Shown in pieces: positions 9,144 through 17,093 of a stretch of DNA of 20,330 nucleotides. A program made the position numbers and the translations under genes. The DNA comes from Halalkalibacterium halodurans (GTDB lineage: Bacteria; Bacillota; Bacilli; Bacillales; Bacillaceae_D). Location of the stretch: positions 1 to 20,330 of the forward strand of contig NZ_SNUY01000011.1 of assembly GCF_004376175.1 (NCBI RefSeq). The letters are read 5' to 3'. The notes under the pieces are model-generated. The model searched no databases, had not been told where the DNA came from, and saw nothing but the letters and a program-made list of their open reading frames with translations. Within the stretch, counting starts at the first letter, position 1. Each line of letters starts with the position of its first letter.

Positions 9144-9491
9144 TTAAATCGAGTGTATTGTTGATGCCGAAGGGTCTAGAGTTTGCTGGGCATGGGCATC
9201 CCCCCATTCATCCATTTGCTCTAGAAGGGGGAGGAGGGTTTTTCCATGGTCTGTAATACAATATTCAACCTTCGGCGGGACTTGTGGATACACTTTTCGT
9301 TCGATGATTCGGTGCTTCTCTAATTCCCGTAGGTCGGATGTTAGCATTTTTTGCGTGATCCCTGGAAGCGCTCGCCTTAATTCGCCAAATCGAAGTTTTT
9401 CATTGGTGTAGAGGTGGTATAGAATCATGGATGTCCATTTCCCTGAAACGACGGCCAACGTCTTTTCAACGCCAGTACATTTTTTACCCAT
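9144..9491 (-). CDS. HxlR (DUF24/MarR-like) family transcriptional regulator with an N-terminal Cys
   Basis: MGKKCTGVEKTLAVVSGKWTSMILYHL...FGELRRALPGITQKMLTSDLRELEKHRIIERKVYPQVPPKVEYCITDHG is a typical HxlR winged-helix. GAGGAGG RBS lies 6 nt before ATG 9491. The track start at 9506 has no RBS. Confidence 0.9.
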   Translation of the reverse strand: MGKKCTGVEKTLAVVSGKWTSMILYHLYTNEKLRFGELRRALPGITQKMLTSDLRELEKHRIIERKVYPQVPPKVEYCITDHGKTLLPLLEQMDEWGDAHAQQTLDPSASTIHSI

Positions 9492-9782
9492 TTTGAACCT
9501 CCTCACGATTATTACTTATTAAAAGAAAGTAACTTGTAAAAAGGATAACATAAATGAATCATTTTTGCAGCTTGAATGCGTTGCGCCAGCCTAATAGTAT
9601 CTTCGGGGAAACTAGCTTACAAAAAAGTGCGTACTTTTATTGAAAAAAGTGATTGGGCATAATGATTATGTAAGAAAAACACAGCGGGAGTTCAGAAAAA
9701 AACTTCCTATTATGAGGTGTATGCGATGGGCTTTTTAGAAAAGCTTTTCGGAAAACAATCGAATCCAAAGGAGGATGTAGCA

Positions 9783-10391
9783 ATGACAAAATTGGCGATT
9801 ATCTATTACAGCTCCACAGGAACAAACTATCAGCTTGCCCAGTGGGCGGAAGAGGCAGCTAAAGAAGCGGGGGCCGAAGTGAAAGTGCTTAAGGTGGCTG
9901 AGACTGCACCAGATGCTGCGATCGATTCGAATCCAGCTTGGCGTGCTCACGTTGACGCTACGAAAGACGTACCGGCGGTAACGCTCGATGACTTAGTTTG
10001 GGCAGATGCGATCATGTTTAGTATCCCGACTCGGTTTGGAAATGTCCCTTCACAAGTGAAAGCGTTCCTAGATACGACGGGCGGGCTTTGGTTTGAAGGA
10101 AAACTAGCGAATAAGGTTGTAAGTGCCATGGCTAGTGCCAGTAATGCCCATGGTGGACAGGAAGCAACCGTTCTTTCCCTTTATACAACGATGTATCATT
10201 GGGGCGCTATCGTAGCTGCTCCAGGTTATACAGCACCTGAAACATTTGCTGCCGGCGGAAACCCGTACGGCACAAGTGTCACAGTTGATCAAGAAGGGAA
10301 CATGAAAGAGGACGTAAAAGCGGCAGTCGCTCACCAAGCGAAGCGGACGATCCAAGTCGCTGAATGGGTGAAACAAGGACTGCAAGGATAA
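9783..10391 (+). CDS. wrbA: NAD(P)H:quinone oxidoreductase, WrbA type (flavodoxin-like, FMN-dependent)
   Basis: MTKLAIIYYSSTGTNY..., PTRFGN, FLDTTGGLW, GGQE and GGNPYG all match blocks I recall from E. coli WrbA. AAGGAGG RBS lies 8 nt before ATG 9783. An in-frame upstream ATG at 9726 with a GAGGTG RBS is an alternative start. Confidence 0.9.
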   Translation: MTKLAIIYYSSTGTNYQLAQWAEEAAKEAGAEVKVLKVAETAPDAAIDSNPAWRAHVDATKDVPAVTLDDLVWADAIMFSIPTRFGNVPSQVKAFLDTTGGLWFEGKLANKVVSAMASASNAHGGQEATVLSLYTTMYHWGAIVAAPGYTAPETFAAGGNPYGTSVTVDQEGNMKEDVKAAVAHQAKRTIQVAEWVKQGLQG

Positions 10392-10393
10392 TG

Positions 10394-10432
10394 AAAAACA
10401 ACCTGAGTCAATCATAGGCTCAGGTTGTTTTT
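10394..10432. terminator. Bidirectional rho-independent terminator shared by the convergent wrbA and aldo/keto reductase genes
   Basis: Perfect 14-bp arms AAAAACAACCTGAG / CTCAGGTTGTTTTT, giving A/T runs on both sides. Confidence 0.8.
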
Positions 10433-10451
10433 ATCCGGAGTTTCAAAGGTG

Positions 10452-11345
10452 TTACTCTCGGTGCTGTTCGTAAACGGCTGCTTTCGCAAGCTTTTGAATG
10501 TGCTGACGTTCTTCTGCCGTTAACGGAGTTGCTTCCACAGCCTGTACGTTCGCTTTTACTTGGTCGATCGAGCTAGCCCCAGCGGCTACGGTAGCGACAA
10601 CGTCATGAGCTAAGCAATATTGTAAGGCAAGCTCGTGGAGTGGTCGGTCCGTAGGAAGAGATTCTCGGAGTGATTTCAGTTCATCGTAGCGATAATTTAA
10701 GTATCCCTCTCCTTCTGGAAGTGGACGCCTACTGAGCAACCCTCTAGCAACAGGACCACGAACGACCACGCTGACGCCGTGCTCTTGAATGAGTGGGAAC
10801 CATTCCTCTGGTCTCCGATCAAGAATACTGTATTGCATCATAATGCTCACAATGTTTGAACGTTTAAGATATTCCTTGATTACATTTGGCCGAATCGAAG
10901 AGATGCCGTAATAGCGGATGACGCCTTCCTGTTTTAACTCCTCAAAAGCTTCAATGGTTTCATCAATAGGGTCATCAATTGTTCCTCCATGGAGCTGATA
11001 CAAATCAATATAATCTGTTTGTAGGCGTCTCAGGCTATCCTTTACCGCTTCTTTTATGTACGCCTTTGACGGGTCCCACCACCAGCCTTCTTTCCCTTGC
11101 TCAAAACGGTTACCTACCTTTGTCGCTAAAATGATGTCTTGCCTGCGTCCTTTCAGCGCTTTTCCAACAAATTTCTCGTTTAAGCCTTGATTGTAAAGAT
11201 CGGCTGTATCCAAATAATTAATGCCAAGCTCCAACACTTCATCCATTATCCGAAGTGCTTCCGTCTCATCTGTCCCGAGAGACATACAGCCAAAGCCAAG
11301 CTCGCTTACATGCAAATCTGACGTACCAAGCTGCCGTTTTTTCAT
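10452..11345 (-). CDS. Aldo/keto reductase family oxidoreductase
   Basis: MKKRQLGTSDLHVSELGFGCMSLG..., LDTADLY and YIDLYQLH are AKR hallmarks. GAGGAGGGG RBS lies before ATG 11345. The longer track ORF (to 11408) adds a non-homologous leader. Confidence 0.92.
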   Translation of the reverse strand: MKKRQLGTSDLHVSELGFGCMSLGTDETEALRIMDEVLELGINYLDTADLYNQGLNEKFVGKALKGRRQDIILATKVGNRFEQGKEGWWWDPSKAYIKEAVKDSLRRLQTDYIDLYQLHGGTIDDPIDETIEAFEELKQEGVIRYYGISSIRPNVIKEYLKRSNIVSIMMQYSILDRRPEEWFPLIQEHGVSVVVRGPVARGLLSRRPLPEGEGYLNYRYDELKSLRESLPTDRPLHELALQYCLAHDVVATVAAGASSIDQVKANVQAVEATPLTAEERQHIQKLAKAAVYEQHRE

Positions 11346-11453
11346 CGGTTGATCCCCTCCTCTTGCCTCCATTGTAAAAAAAGAAACAGGTTTGCTCAAA
11401 TAAAACAAAATTTGTGGTATACTTTTCCTTCAAAAGGGAGGGAGAGGAAGAAG

Positions 11454-12236
11454 ATGTTGAGACCATTAACAGAAAAAGACCGTGAGCAATTGCTCGCCTT
11501 CGCCGGAAAAGAACCGGCCGTCAATTTGTTTATCATCGGCGATGTAGAAACATTTGGGGTGGAGACGGAATTTCAACAAATATGGGGTGAGTTTAATAAG
11601 CGAGGGGAGCTTGTGGCAGCGATGCTCCGGTACTTTCAATCCTTTTTAGTTTATGGGGAGTCTGATTGGGATCATCACCGGTTCGCGCAAATCGTGAACG
11701 AACACACTGGAAAGTTCGAAGTTTCAGGGCGAAGTGACATCGTTGAACGTTTTGAAAACGGCGTCATTCCGAAGCTCGGACAGAAACGCCAGCTATACTT
11801 ATGTGAGCTCCAATCCGCAAAGGAATTAAGCGATCGCAATGGTGTACAGCATTTGTCGGTAGATGATCTGAACCGTCTGTTAGCTTTACATGATCAGATT
11901 GATGATTTTGCGCAAAACGATAATGGAAAAGAGCAGATGAAAGTGTCAATGGAAAAAGGGGCTAGTCGAACGTATTATGTAGAGGAGGACGGGAAGATCA
12001 TCGCTTCCGCCTCGACTGCAGCCGAAAATTCACGTTCGGCGATGATCGTCGGTGTGTGCACACATCCTGACTATCGCAACCAAGGACTGGCGTCTCGCTG
12101 TATGAGTGCCCTTTGTGAAGACTTGCTCGCTGAAGGAAAAACCGTTTGTCTTTTTTACGATAATCCAGTAGCAGGCCGAATCTATAAACGACTCGGTTTT
12201 AAAGATATAGGAAGGTGGACCATCTATCGCTCATGA
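11454..12236 (+). CDS. GNAT family N-acetyltransferase (two-lobed, about 260 aa)
   Basis: The C-terminal half has the acetyl-CoA motif A region IVGVCTHPDYRNQGLASRCMSAL...YKRLGF. RBS GGGAGGGAGAGG lies before ATG 11454. Confidence 0.85.
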   Translation: MLRPLTEKDREQLLAFAGKEPAVNLFIIGDVETFGVETEFQQIWGEFNKRGELVAAMLRYFQSFLVYGESDWDHHRFAQIVNEHTGKFEVSGRSDIVERFENGVIPKLGQKRQLYLCELQSAKELSDRNGVQHLSVDDLNRLLALHDQIDDFAQNDNGKEQMKVSMEKGASRTYYVEEDGKIIASASTAAENSRSAMIVGVCTHPDYRNQGLASRCMSALCEDLLAEGKTVCLFYDNPVAGRIYKRLGFKDIGRWTIYRS

Positions 12237-12700
12237 ACACCCTTTGTATCATTCCGTGTGGAAACAAGAAAATTTGGGATAAACAAGAAGATATAGGCCC
12301 TGTTGCAGCAAGTGAAGCATATATTGGAACGCTTCACCGGCTTTGTGCCATGTACGCCGAACGGTTTTTCGACCATTGGGTGATCTTATCAGCAAAGCAC
12401 GGTTTTTTGTTCCCAGATGATGTGGTCGACGGTCCATATGATGTGTCATTCTCCCACACACATTCTGGCGTTATCACGCTTGATCAATTAACCGAGCAGG
12501 TTCATGAAAAAAAGCTCGATTCCGTTCCCTATGTTGTTCTTCTAACGGGGAAAAAATACCGGCCAATCGTTGAAGCTTGTTTTCCGCAGGCCACTGTTGA
12601 GTGCCCTCTACTCAGCTACTCGGGTATTGGATACATGCAGCAAGCGCTTAAGCAGGCAATTGAACAAAAGCAACCGCTTCATTCGGCAAAAAGAAACTGA
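12233..12700 (+). CDS. Conserved hypothetical protein (about 155 aa), possibly DUF6884-like (recollection, not verified)
   Basis: ATG 12233 overlaps the GNAT stop (ATGA). Motifs IIPCGNKK near the N-terminus and WVILSAKHGFLFPDDVVDGPYDV. GTG 12215 is an alternative start. Confidence 0.7.
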   Translation: MNTLCIIPCGNKKIWDKQEDIGPVAASEAYIGTLHRLCAMYAERFFDHWVILSAKHGFLFPDDVVDGPYDVSFSHTHSGVITLDQLTEQVHEKKLDSVPYVVLLTGKKYRPIVEACFPQATVECPLLSYSGIGYMQQALKQAIEQKQPLHSAKRN

Positions 12701-12708
12701 CCTTGAAC

Positions 12709-12737
12709 GATCCATTTACTGAGAGGATCTTTTTTTT
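12709..12737 (+). terminator. Weak hairpin plus T8 run after the hypothetical gene
   Basis: GATCC-N11-GGATC (only 5 bp) followed by TTTTTTTT. Confidence 0.35.
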
Positions 12738-12777
12738 CGCGATCTGTTTGTGCAACATTTCATGAGGAGGAGAACGG

Positions 12778-13314
12778 ATGAAAAGAGTAATGATAATAGG
12801 TCCAGGTGGAGCGGGAAAATCGACATTTGCTAAGCAGTTGCACGAACGAACAGGCTTACCGCTTATTCATTTGGATGCCCATTTTTGGAAACGAGGCTGG
12901 GTTCCGTCTACGACAGAGGAAATCGCAGTCATGCAGAAGCAATGGGTACAAGGGGAGGAATGGATCATTGACGGCAATTACGGAGCGACATTAGAGATTC
13001 GCTTTGCGGCCTGTGATACTGTGATTTACTTCGATTTTCCGACGTATATGACGCTGTATGGCATTTTAAAGCGACGGCTCATGTATCATGGGCAATCCCG
13101 TTCTGATATGGGGGAAGGCTGTATAGAGAAGCTCGATTGGATATTCATCAAATGGGTCGCCACTTACCGACGAAGGAAAAGACCGCACATTTTACGAGCA
13201 TTAACTGAGCTTCTTCGAGAGAAGAACGTGATTATCTTTCGTTCCCGCTCAGATGTTCGTCGGTTTTTACAAGAGATTGAGCAAAAGCCGAGCGAAAAGC
13301 GCCGAGACTTCTGA
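12778..13314 (+). CDS. P-loop NTPase/kinase of the adenylate-kinase-like 'topology modulation protein' (FlaR-like) family
   Basis: MKRVMIIGPGGAGKSTFAKQL (Walker A at the extreme N-terminus), then WIIDGNY. 178 aa. GAGGAGG RBS. Confidence 0.85.
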   Translation: MKRVMIIGPGGAGKSTFAKQLHERTGLPLIHLDAHFWKRGWVPSTTEEIAVMQKQWVQGEEWIIDGNYGATLEIRFAACDTVIYFDFPTYMTLYGILKRRLMYHGQSRSDMGEGCIEKLDWIFIKWVATYRRRKRPHILRALTELLREKNVIIFRSRSDVRRFLQEIEQKPSEKRRDF

Positions 13315-13438
13315 AAAACGAGAACATACTCTATTATAACTACAATCCACTGATCGAACATGCCAATCATTATCCATTTTCTAAGTGAAAAAGACCTTAT
13401 GGGAAGCAATTGGATGCCAAAACTAAAGGCTTAATTCT

Positions 13439-13496
13439 AACGGTTTTACAAAAAATTTACGGATCTTCAATCACCTGAAACGGTTTTCCATTTACA
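13439..13496 (+). promoter_or_regulatory. Direct-repeat array upstream of the nucleotidase gene; candidate PhoP-box-like sites
   Basis: AACGGTTTT occurs twice (13439-13447 and 13479-13487). TTTACA (13445), TTTACG (13456) and TCAATC (13467) sit at 11-bp phasing, with another TTTACA at 13491. Confidence 0.3.
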
Positions 13497-13564
13497 CTTA
13501 AAGAAGATGCCTGTCCCCCGTATGGCATTGCGTTGATTGAAAACATACATAGGAGGTTGGAAAT

Positions 13565-16500
13565 ATGGGTGGTTTACGACATGCTTGGCGAACGACATTC
13601 ATCGTCATCAGTGCCTTTTTGCTAACATTTACGTCGCTGTTTACGAATGCGGCTCCGATGCTGGCGCAAGCGGGTGCTAGCAGTGACCATGAATTGACAA
13701 TCGTCTATACGAATGACATTCATGCAAGGATTGATGGGTACGGGAAAGCATCAGCTTATATTAAGGCAGAACGGGAACAAGCGGAACACTTTTTATATTT
13801 AGATGCAGGGGATATTTTCAGTGGGAACCCTGTTGTCGACTTGAATCATGGAAAACCGATTGTCGAGCTACTAAATGTGGCCGGCTTGGATGCGATGGTT
13901 ATTGGTAATCATGAGTTTGATTATGGGCAGGACGCTTTTGCCGAGCGGGTAAACGATTCAAACTTTCCATGGCTTTCGGCTAATATGAAGGTGGTGGATC
14001 CGTCGATTCCGATTGAACAACCAGATCCTTATCAACTTTTTGATGTGGACGGGATCAAGGTTGCTGTGTTTGCCTTAACAGAAGCACCGCCATCGACAGC
14101 ACCGGCTGGTATTGTTGGTCTTGAATTTGAAAGAGACTATGCAGCGGTCGCGAAACGATATGAGGATGAGTTAAAAGAACAGGCTGACGTTATTATCGCA
14201 TTAACCCATATCGGGTACGGTGCAGACCGTGCGCTAGCTGAACAAGTGGACTATTTTGATCTTATCATTGGGGGACATTCTCATACGACTCTAACTTCTC
14301 CACAATACGTCAACGGCACACCAATCGTACAAAGTGGTGCGAATTTGACGAATGTGGGTAAAGTGGTACTTGAGCTAGATGAACAGACAAATGAAGTCGT
14401 GTCTGTTGAAGGGTCCCTCCAAGCAGTGAGTGAGTTAACAGAAGTCGATGATGAGGCACAAGCGATTATCGATCACTATAACAGTGAAATGGACGAACTG
14501 TTAGGTGAAGTCATCGGTGTATCAGATACGGGACTTTCTCGCGATGGCCGTTATGAAGCAGATGCCCCGCTCGGAAACTTTTGGACCGATGCGATGCGCA
14601 TCTACGCGCAAGCGGATGTGGCCGTGACGAACAATGGTGGGATCCGCGATAGTATCGCCCCAGGCGAGGTGACCGTCGGTGACATTTATCGGATCGAGCC
14701 GTTTGCAAACGAGATCATGTTGTTTGAAATGACAGGGAAAGCGATTAAGGATGTTCTCGCTTACTCGTATTCCCGTGGTGATCGGAATCAAATTGATTTG
14801 CAAATCTCTGGCTTGTCATACGAAATCGTTGCGGGCCCTGTCGGAAATTTTATCGATGTTCGTGTTACGGTTGATGGGGAACCGATCGATGAAGAAGCCA
14901 CATATCGTGTCGCCGTTCCTGATTACATTGGCACAGGCGGCTCTGGCTATGAGTTCGATGGAGAGATTCTTGAGCCGTATGTTGGATTAATGACAAATGC
15001 GATGATCGACTATGCGAAAGAACGGACGGCTGCTGGAGAAAAGTTAAACTACTCGAGTGAAGGCCGAATTAAGGTTACGATTGATCCGAGCGGACCGATG
15101 CCAGGTGAGGTGATCGGCTCCACGACTAACGGTTTATACTCCCATAATAAAAACAAAGTGGATGTAGGGATCGGGAACTTATATACAGATGCCATTCGTG
15201 AGATTTCTGATGCCGATCTTGCGTTGCTAGACGGCTCGTCTGTTACAGGGGAAATCCCACCAGGCAATATAACCGATAAACAAATTGAGGCGCTGGATCG
15301 TTTCGGGAATGAAATTGTGGTCGTTCGGGCGACTGGAGAAAAAATTAAAGAAGTCATCCTCAGTCAGTCTTCGCATCATCAACGGGTTGACTTGCAGGCA
15401 GCGGGTCTAACGTACACGCTCATTCCGAACGGACAAGGGGATGGTTTTCAAGATGTAGAGATCGTTTTAGAAGACGGTACGCCACTTGATCCGTCAAAGG
15501 AATACGTTGTCGCTTACAATGACTATATGCACGGAACGGGCTTTTACCAGCTAAGTGATCAAGTCGTTGATGATGGGTTAGGGACGGTTTGGGAGGCTGT
15601 CGTTACTTATGTTAAAGGACAGAGTGATCCGATTGATTATGTAGAAGGGGAGCGCATCCGGATTGAAGGAGCAGCACTTCCAGACGATCCGAAGGGAACG
15701 ATCACAGTTGCACAAGCGATTGCCCACAATCAAGGGGAAGCGACTGTACGCGGGTATATTGTCGGCTCGATTAATGGAAGTCCGGTTATCGGTGAAGGAA
15801 ATCATGCTCCGTCAAACTTACTGTTAGCTGATTCACCAGATGAAACCGACCGAACCAAAATGTTGCCGGTTCAGCTACCGTCAGGAAGTACGGTACGTAC
15901 AGGGCTAAATCTCGTCTCTCATCCTGGAAACTTAGGAGAGTTTGTGATGATTACTGGGGCTCTCGATACGTATTTCTCTACTCCTGGTATGCGTAATCCT
16001 ACGGCGTTTACGTTTGCCGATCCTTCCGATTACCCAGATCCAGGGGATGGTGATTCGCAAGAGGTGATTTCGATCGCTGAAGCCCGAGCGTTGGAGCGCG
16101 GAGAACGTGTCGTTGTAGAAGGGGTTGTGACGTCAACACCTGGGGCATGGGGAGCAAAAGGATTTTACGTTCAAGATGAAACAGGTGGTCTTTACGTTTA
16201 TCAGTTTGATGTAGAGGTGAATGTTGGAGACATCGTTCAAGTGGCTGGGACGATGGATGAATTTAATGGAGAGCTTCAATTATCGAATCCGTCATCGATT
16301 AACATTGTAGGAAGTAGGGATGTACCGAAACCACTTCCTGTGACACCAGAAGCTGTTTCACTCGAAAATGAAGGGCAGCTCGTACAGTTGGATGGAGTTA
16401 CGATTGAGAATCTTCGCCAAGTAAACAATTTTGGCACGTTTGAATTTGAGGCGGTTCGTGGGAGTGAGCGAGTATTAATTCGCGTCGACAATCGGACAGG

Positions 16501-16978
16501 GCTTGTTTATGATGAGTTTACCTTTACGGAAGGGGAGGTTGTCACCATTACGGGTGTTTCTAGTCAATTCCGAGGGACCCCTCAGGTGAAACCACGCCAA
16601 GCAGATGACATTGTCGTCTTTGAGCAAGAATCGTCTGAATATCTTTCCGTTGCAGAAGCGATCGAATTGGATCGGGAAGTTGTGAAGGTGAAAGGCTATA
16701 TTGTCGGCAACGCTCGGAATAAAAACCATGTGGCTGTGCAATCTGGTGCTTACAATGACCACAACGTGCTCATTGCAGATGATCCAAATGAGACGGATGT
16801 GAAGAAGATGTTGCTCGTTCAGTTAAAAGGAACGGATCGAACAGCGTTTGGCTTAGTGTCTAACCCGGAACACTATGGAAAACAAGTGGAGCTAACGGGG
16901 AAACGTCATAAGGAAAAGTTTCATTTCCCACTCATTAAACATCCTGATGAATTTGTCGTGCTCGATTTAAAAAAATAA
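13565..16978 (+). CDS. Secreted multidomain 5'-nucleotidase / metallophosphoesterase with a duplicated 5'-nucleotidase C-terminal domain and C-terminal OB-fold-like / repeated nucleic-acid-binding-like modules
   Basis: Signal peptide MGGLRHAWRTTFIVISAFLLTFTSLFTNAAPMLAQA. Calcineurin-like motifs NDIHAR, GDIFSG, GNHEFD and GGHSH. Two paralogous 5'-NT substrate-binding segments (GNFWTDAMR... and GNLYTDAIR...). Two paralogous roughly 105-aa repeats (..VAQAI..VRGYIVG..LLADSPDETD..KMLPVQL.. and ..VAEAI..VKGYIVG..LIADDPNETD..KMLLVQL..). AGGAGG RBS. Confidence 0.92.
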   Translation: MGGLRHAWRTTFIVISAFLLTFTSLFTNAAPMLAQAGASSDHELTIVYTNDIHARIDGYGKASAYIKAEREQAEHFLYLDAGDIFSGNPVVDLNHGKPIVELLNVAGLDAMVIGNHEFDYGQDAFAERVNDSNFPWLSANMKVVDPSIPIEQPDPYQLFDVDGIKVAVFALTEAPPSTAPAGIVGLEFERDYAAVAKRYEDELKEQADVIIALTHIGYGADRALAEQVDYFDLIIGGHSHTTLTSPQYVNGTPIVQSGANLTNVGKVVLELDEQTNEVVSVEGSLQAVSELTEVDDEAQAIIDHYNSEMDELLGEVIGVSDTGLSRDGRYEADAPLGNFWTDAMRIYAQADVAVTNNGGIRDSIAPGEVTVGDIYRIEPFANEIMLFEMTGKAIKDVLAYSYSRGDRNQIDLQISGLSYEIVAGPVGNFIDVRVTVDGEPIDEEATYRVAVPDYIGTGGSGYEFDGEILEPYVGLMTNAMIDYAKERTAAGEKLNYSSEGRIKVTIDPSGPMPGEVIGSTTNGLYSHNKNKVDVGIGNLYTDAIREISDADLALLDGSSVTGEIPPGNITDKQIEALDRFGNEIVVVRATGEKIKEVILSQSSHHQRVDLQAAGLTYTLIPNGQGDGFQDVEIVLEDGTPLDPSKEYVVAYNDYMHGTGFYQLSDQVVDDGLGTVWEAVVTYVKGQSDPIDYVEGERIRIEGAALPDDPKGTITVAQAIAHNQGEATVRGYIVGSINGSPVIGEGNHAPSNLLLADSPDETDRTKMLPVQLPSGSTVRTGLNLVSHPGNLGEFVMITGALDTYFSTPGMRNPTAFTFADPSDYPDPGDGDSQEVISIAEARALERGERVVVEGVVTSTPGAWGAKGFYVQDETGGLYVYQFDVEVNVGDIVQVAGTMDEFNGELQLSNPSSINIVGSRDVPKPLPVTPEAVSLENEGQLVQLDGVTIENLRQVNNFGTFEFEAVRGSERVLIRVDNRTGLVYDEFTFTEGEVVTITGVSSQFRGTPQVKPRQADDIVVFEQESSEYLSVAEAIELDREVVKVKGYIVGNARNKNHVAVQSGAYNDHNVLIADDPNETDVKKMLLVQLKGTDRTAFGLVSNPEHYGKQVELTGKRHKEKFHFPLIKHPDEFVVLDLKK

Positions 16979-16997
16979 TCATAGAGAGTTAGAAACA

Positions 16998-17030
16998 GGC
17001 CGCTCCTCGTCAAGTCGACAAGGGGCGGCC
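16998..17030. terminator. Hairpin between the convergent nucleotidase and SBP genes
   Basis: GGCCGCTCCT-N13-AGGGGCGGCC. The flanking T/A runs are poor. Confidence 0.45.
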
Positions 17031-17093
17031 CGTTCGTTTATGGTGACTTCCACAATGATCAGTTATCCTTGGATCATGGGGGCTTACGCTTTT

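Noticed and set aside
9554-9643. 29-codon plus-strand ORF (MNHFCSLNALRQPNSIFGETSLQKSAYFY) with an AAAGGA RBS in the long hxlR-wrbA intergenic region
   Set aside because: There are no recognisable features and no way to test conservation here. It may be a leader peptide, but the evidence is limited to an RBS-like sequence.
11346-11466. Mutually overlapping N-terminal extensions of the AKR (to 11408) and GNAT (from 11349) track ORFs, plus the 66-aa ORF 11266..11466
   Set aside because: Strong RBSs sit in front of the internal ATGs (11345 on the minus strand, 11454 on the plus strand), and homologous N-termini begin there. The extensions would overlap the divergent promoter region.
11454-12700. 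GNAT plus small downstream ORF interpreted as a GNAT-type toxin-antitoxin pair (TacT/AtaT-like)
   Set aside because: Known GNAT toxins are about 160-180 aa single-domain proteins preceded by a small RHH/DUF1778 antitoxin. Here the GNAT is about 260 aa with an extra N-terminal lobe, and the partner is downstream with no DNA-binding motif.
13164-13409. 81-aa minus-strand ORF overlapping the 3' end of the P-loop kinase gene
   Set aside because: It is mostly antisense to a well-supported CDS, with no RBS and no recognisable motifs.
15863-15889. LPVQLPSGS in the nucleotidase, considered as a sortase (LPXTG-like) signal
   Set aside because: It is internal (about 360 residues from the C-terminus), is not followed by a hydrophobic segment and basic tail, and recurs as part of the R1/R2 repeat consensus (KMLxVQL).
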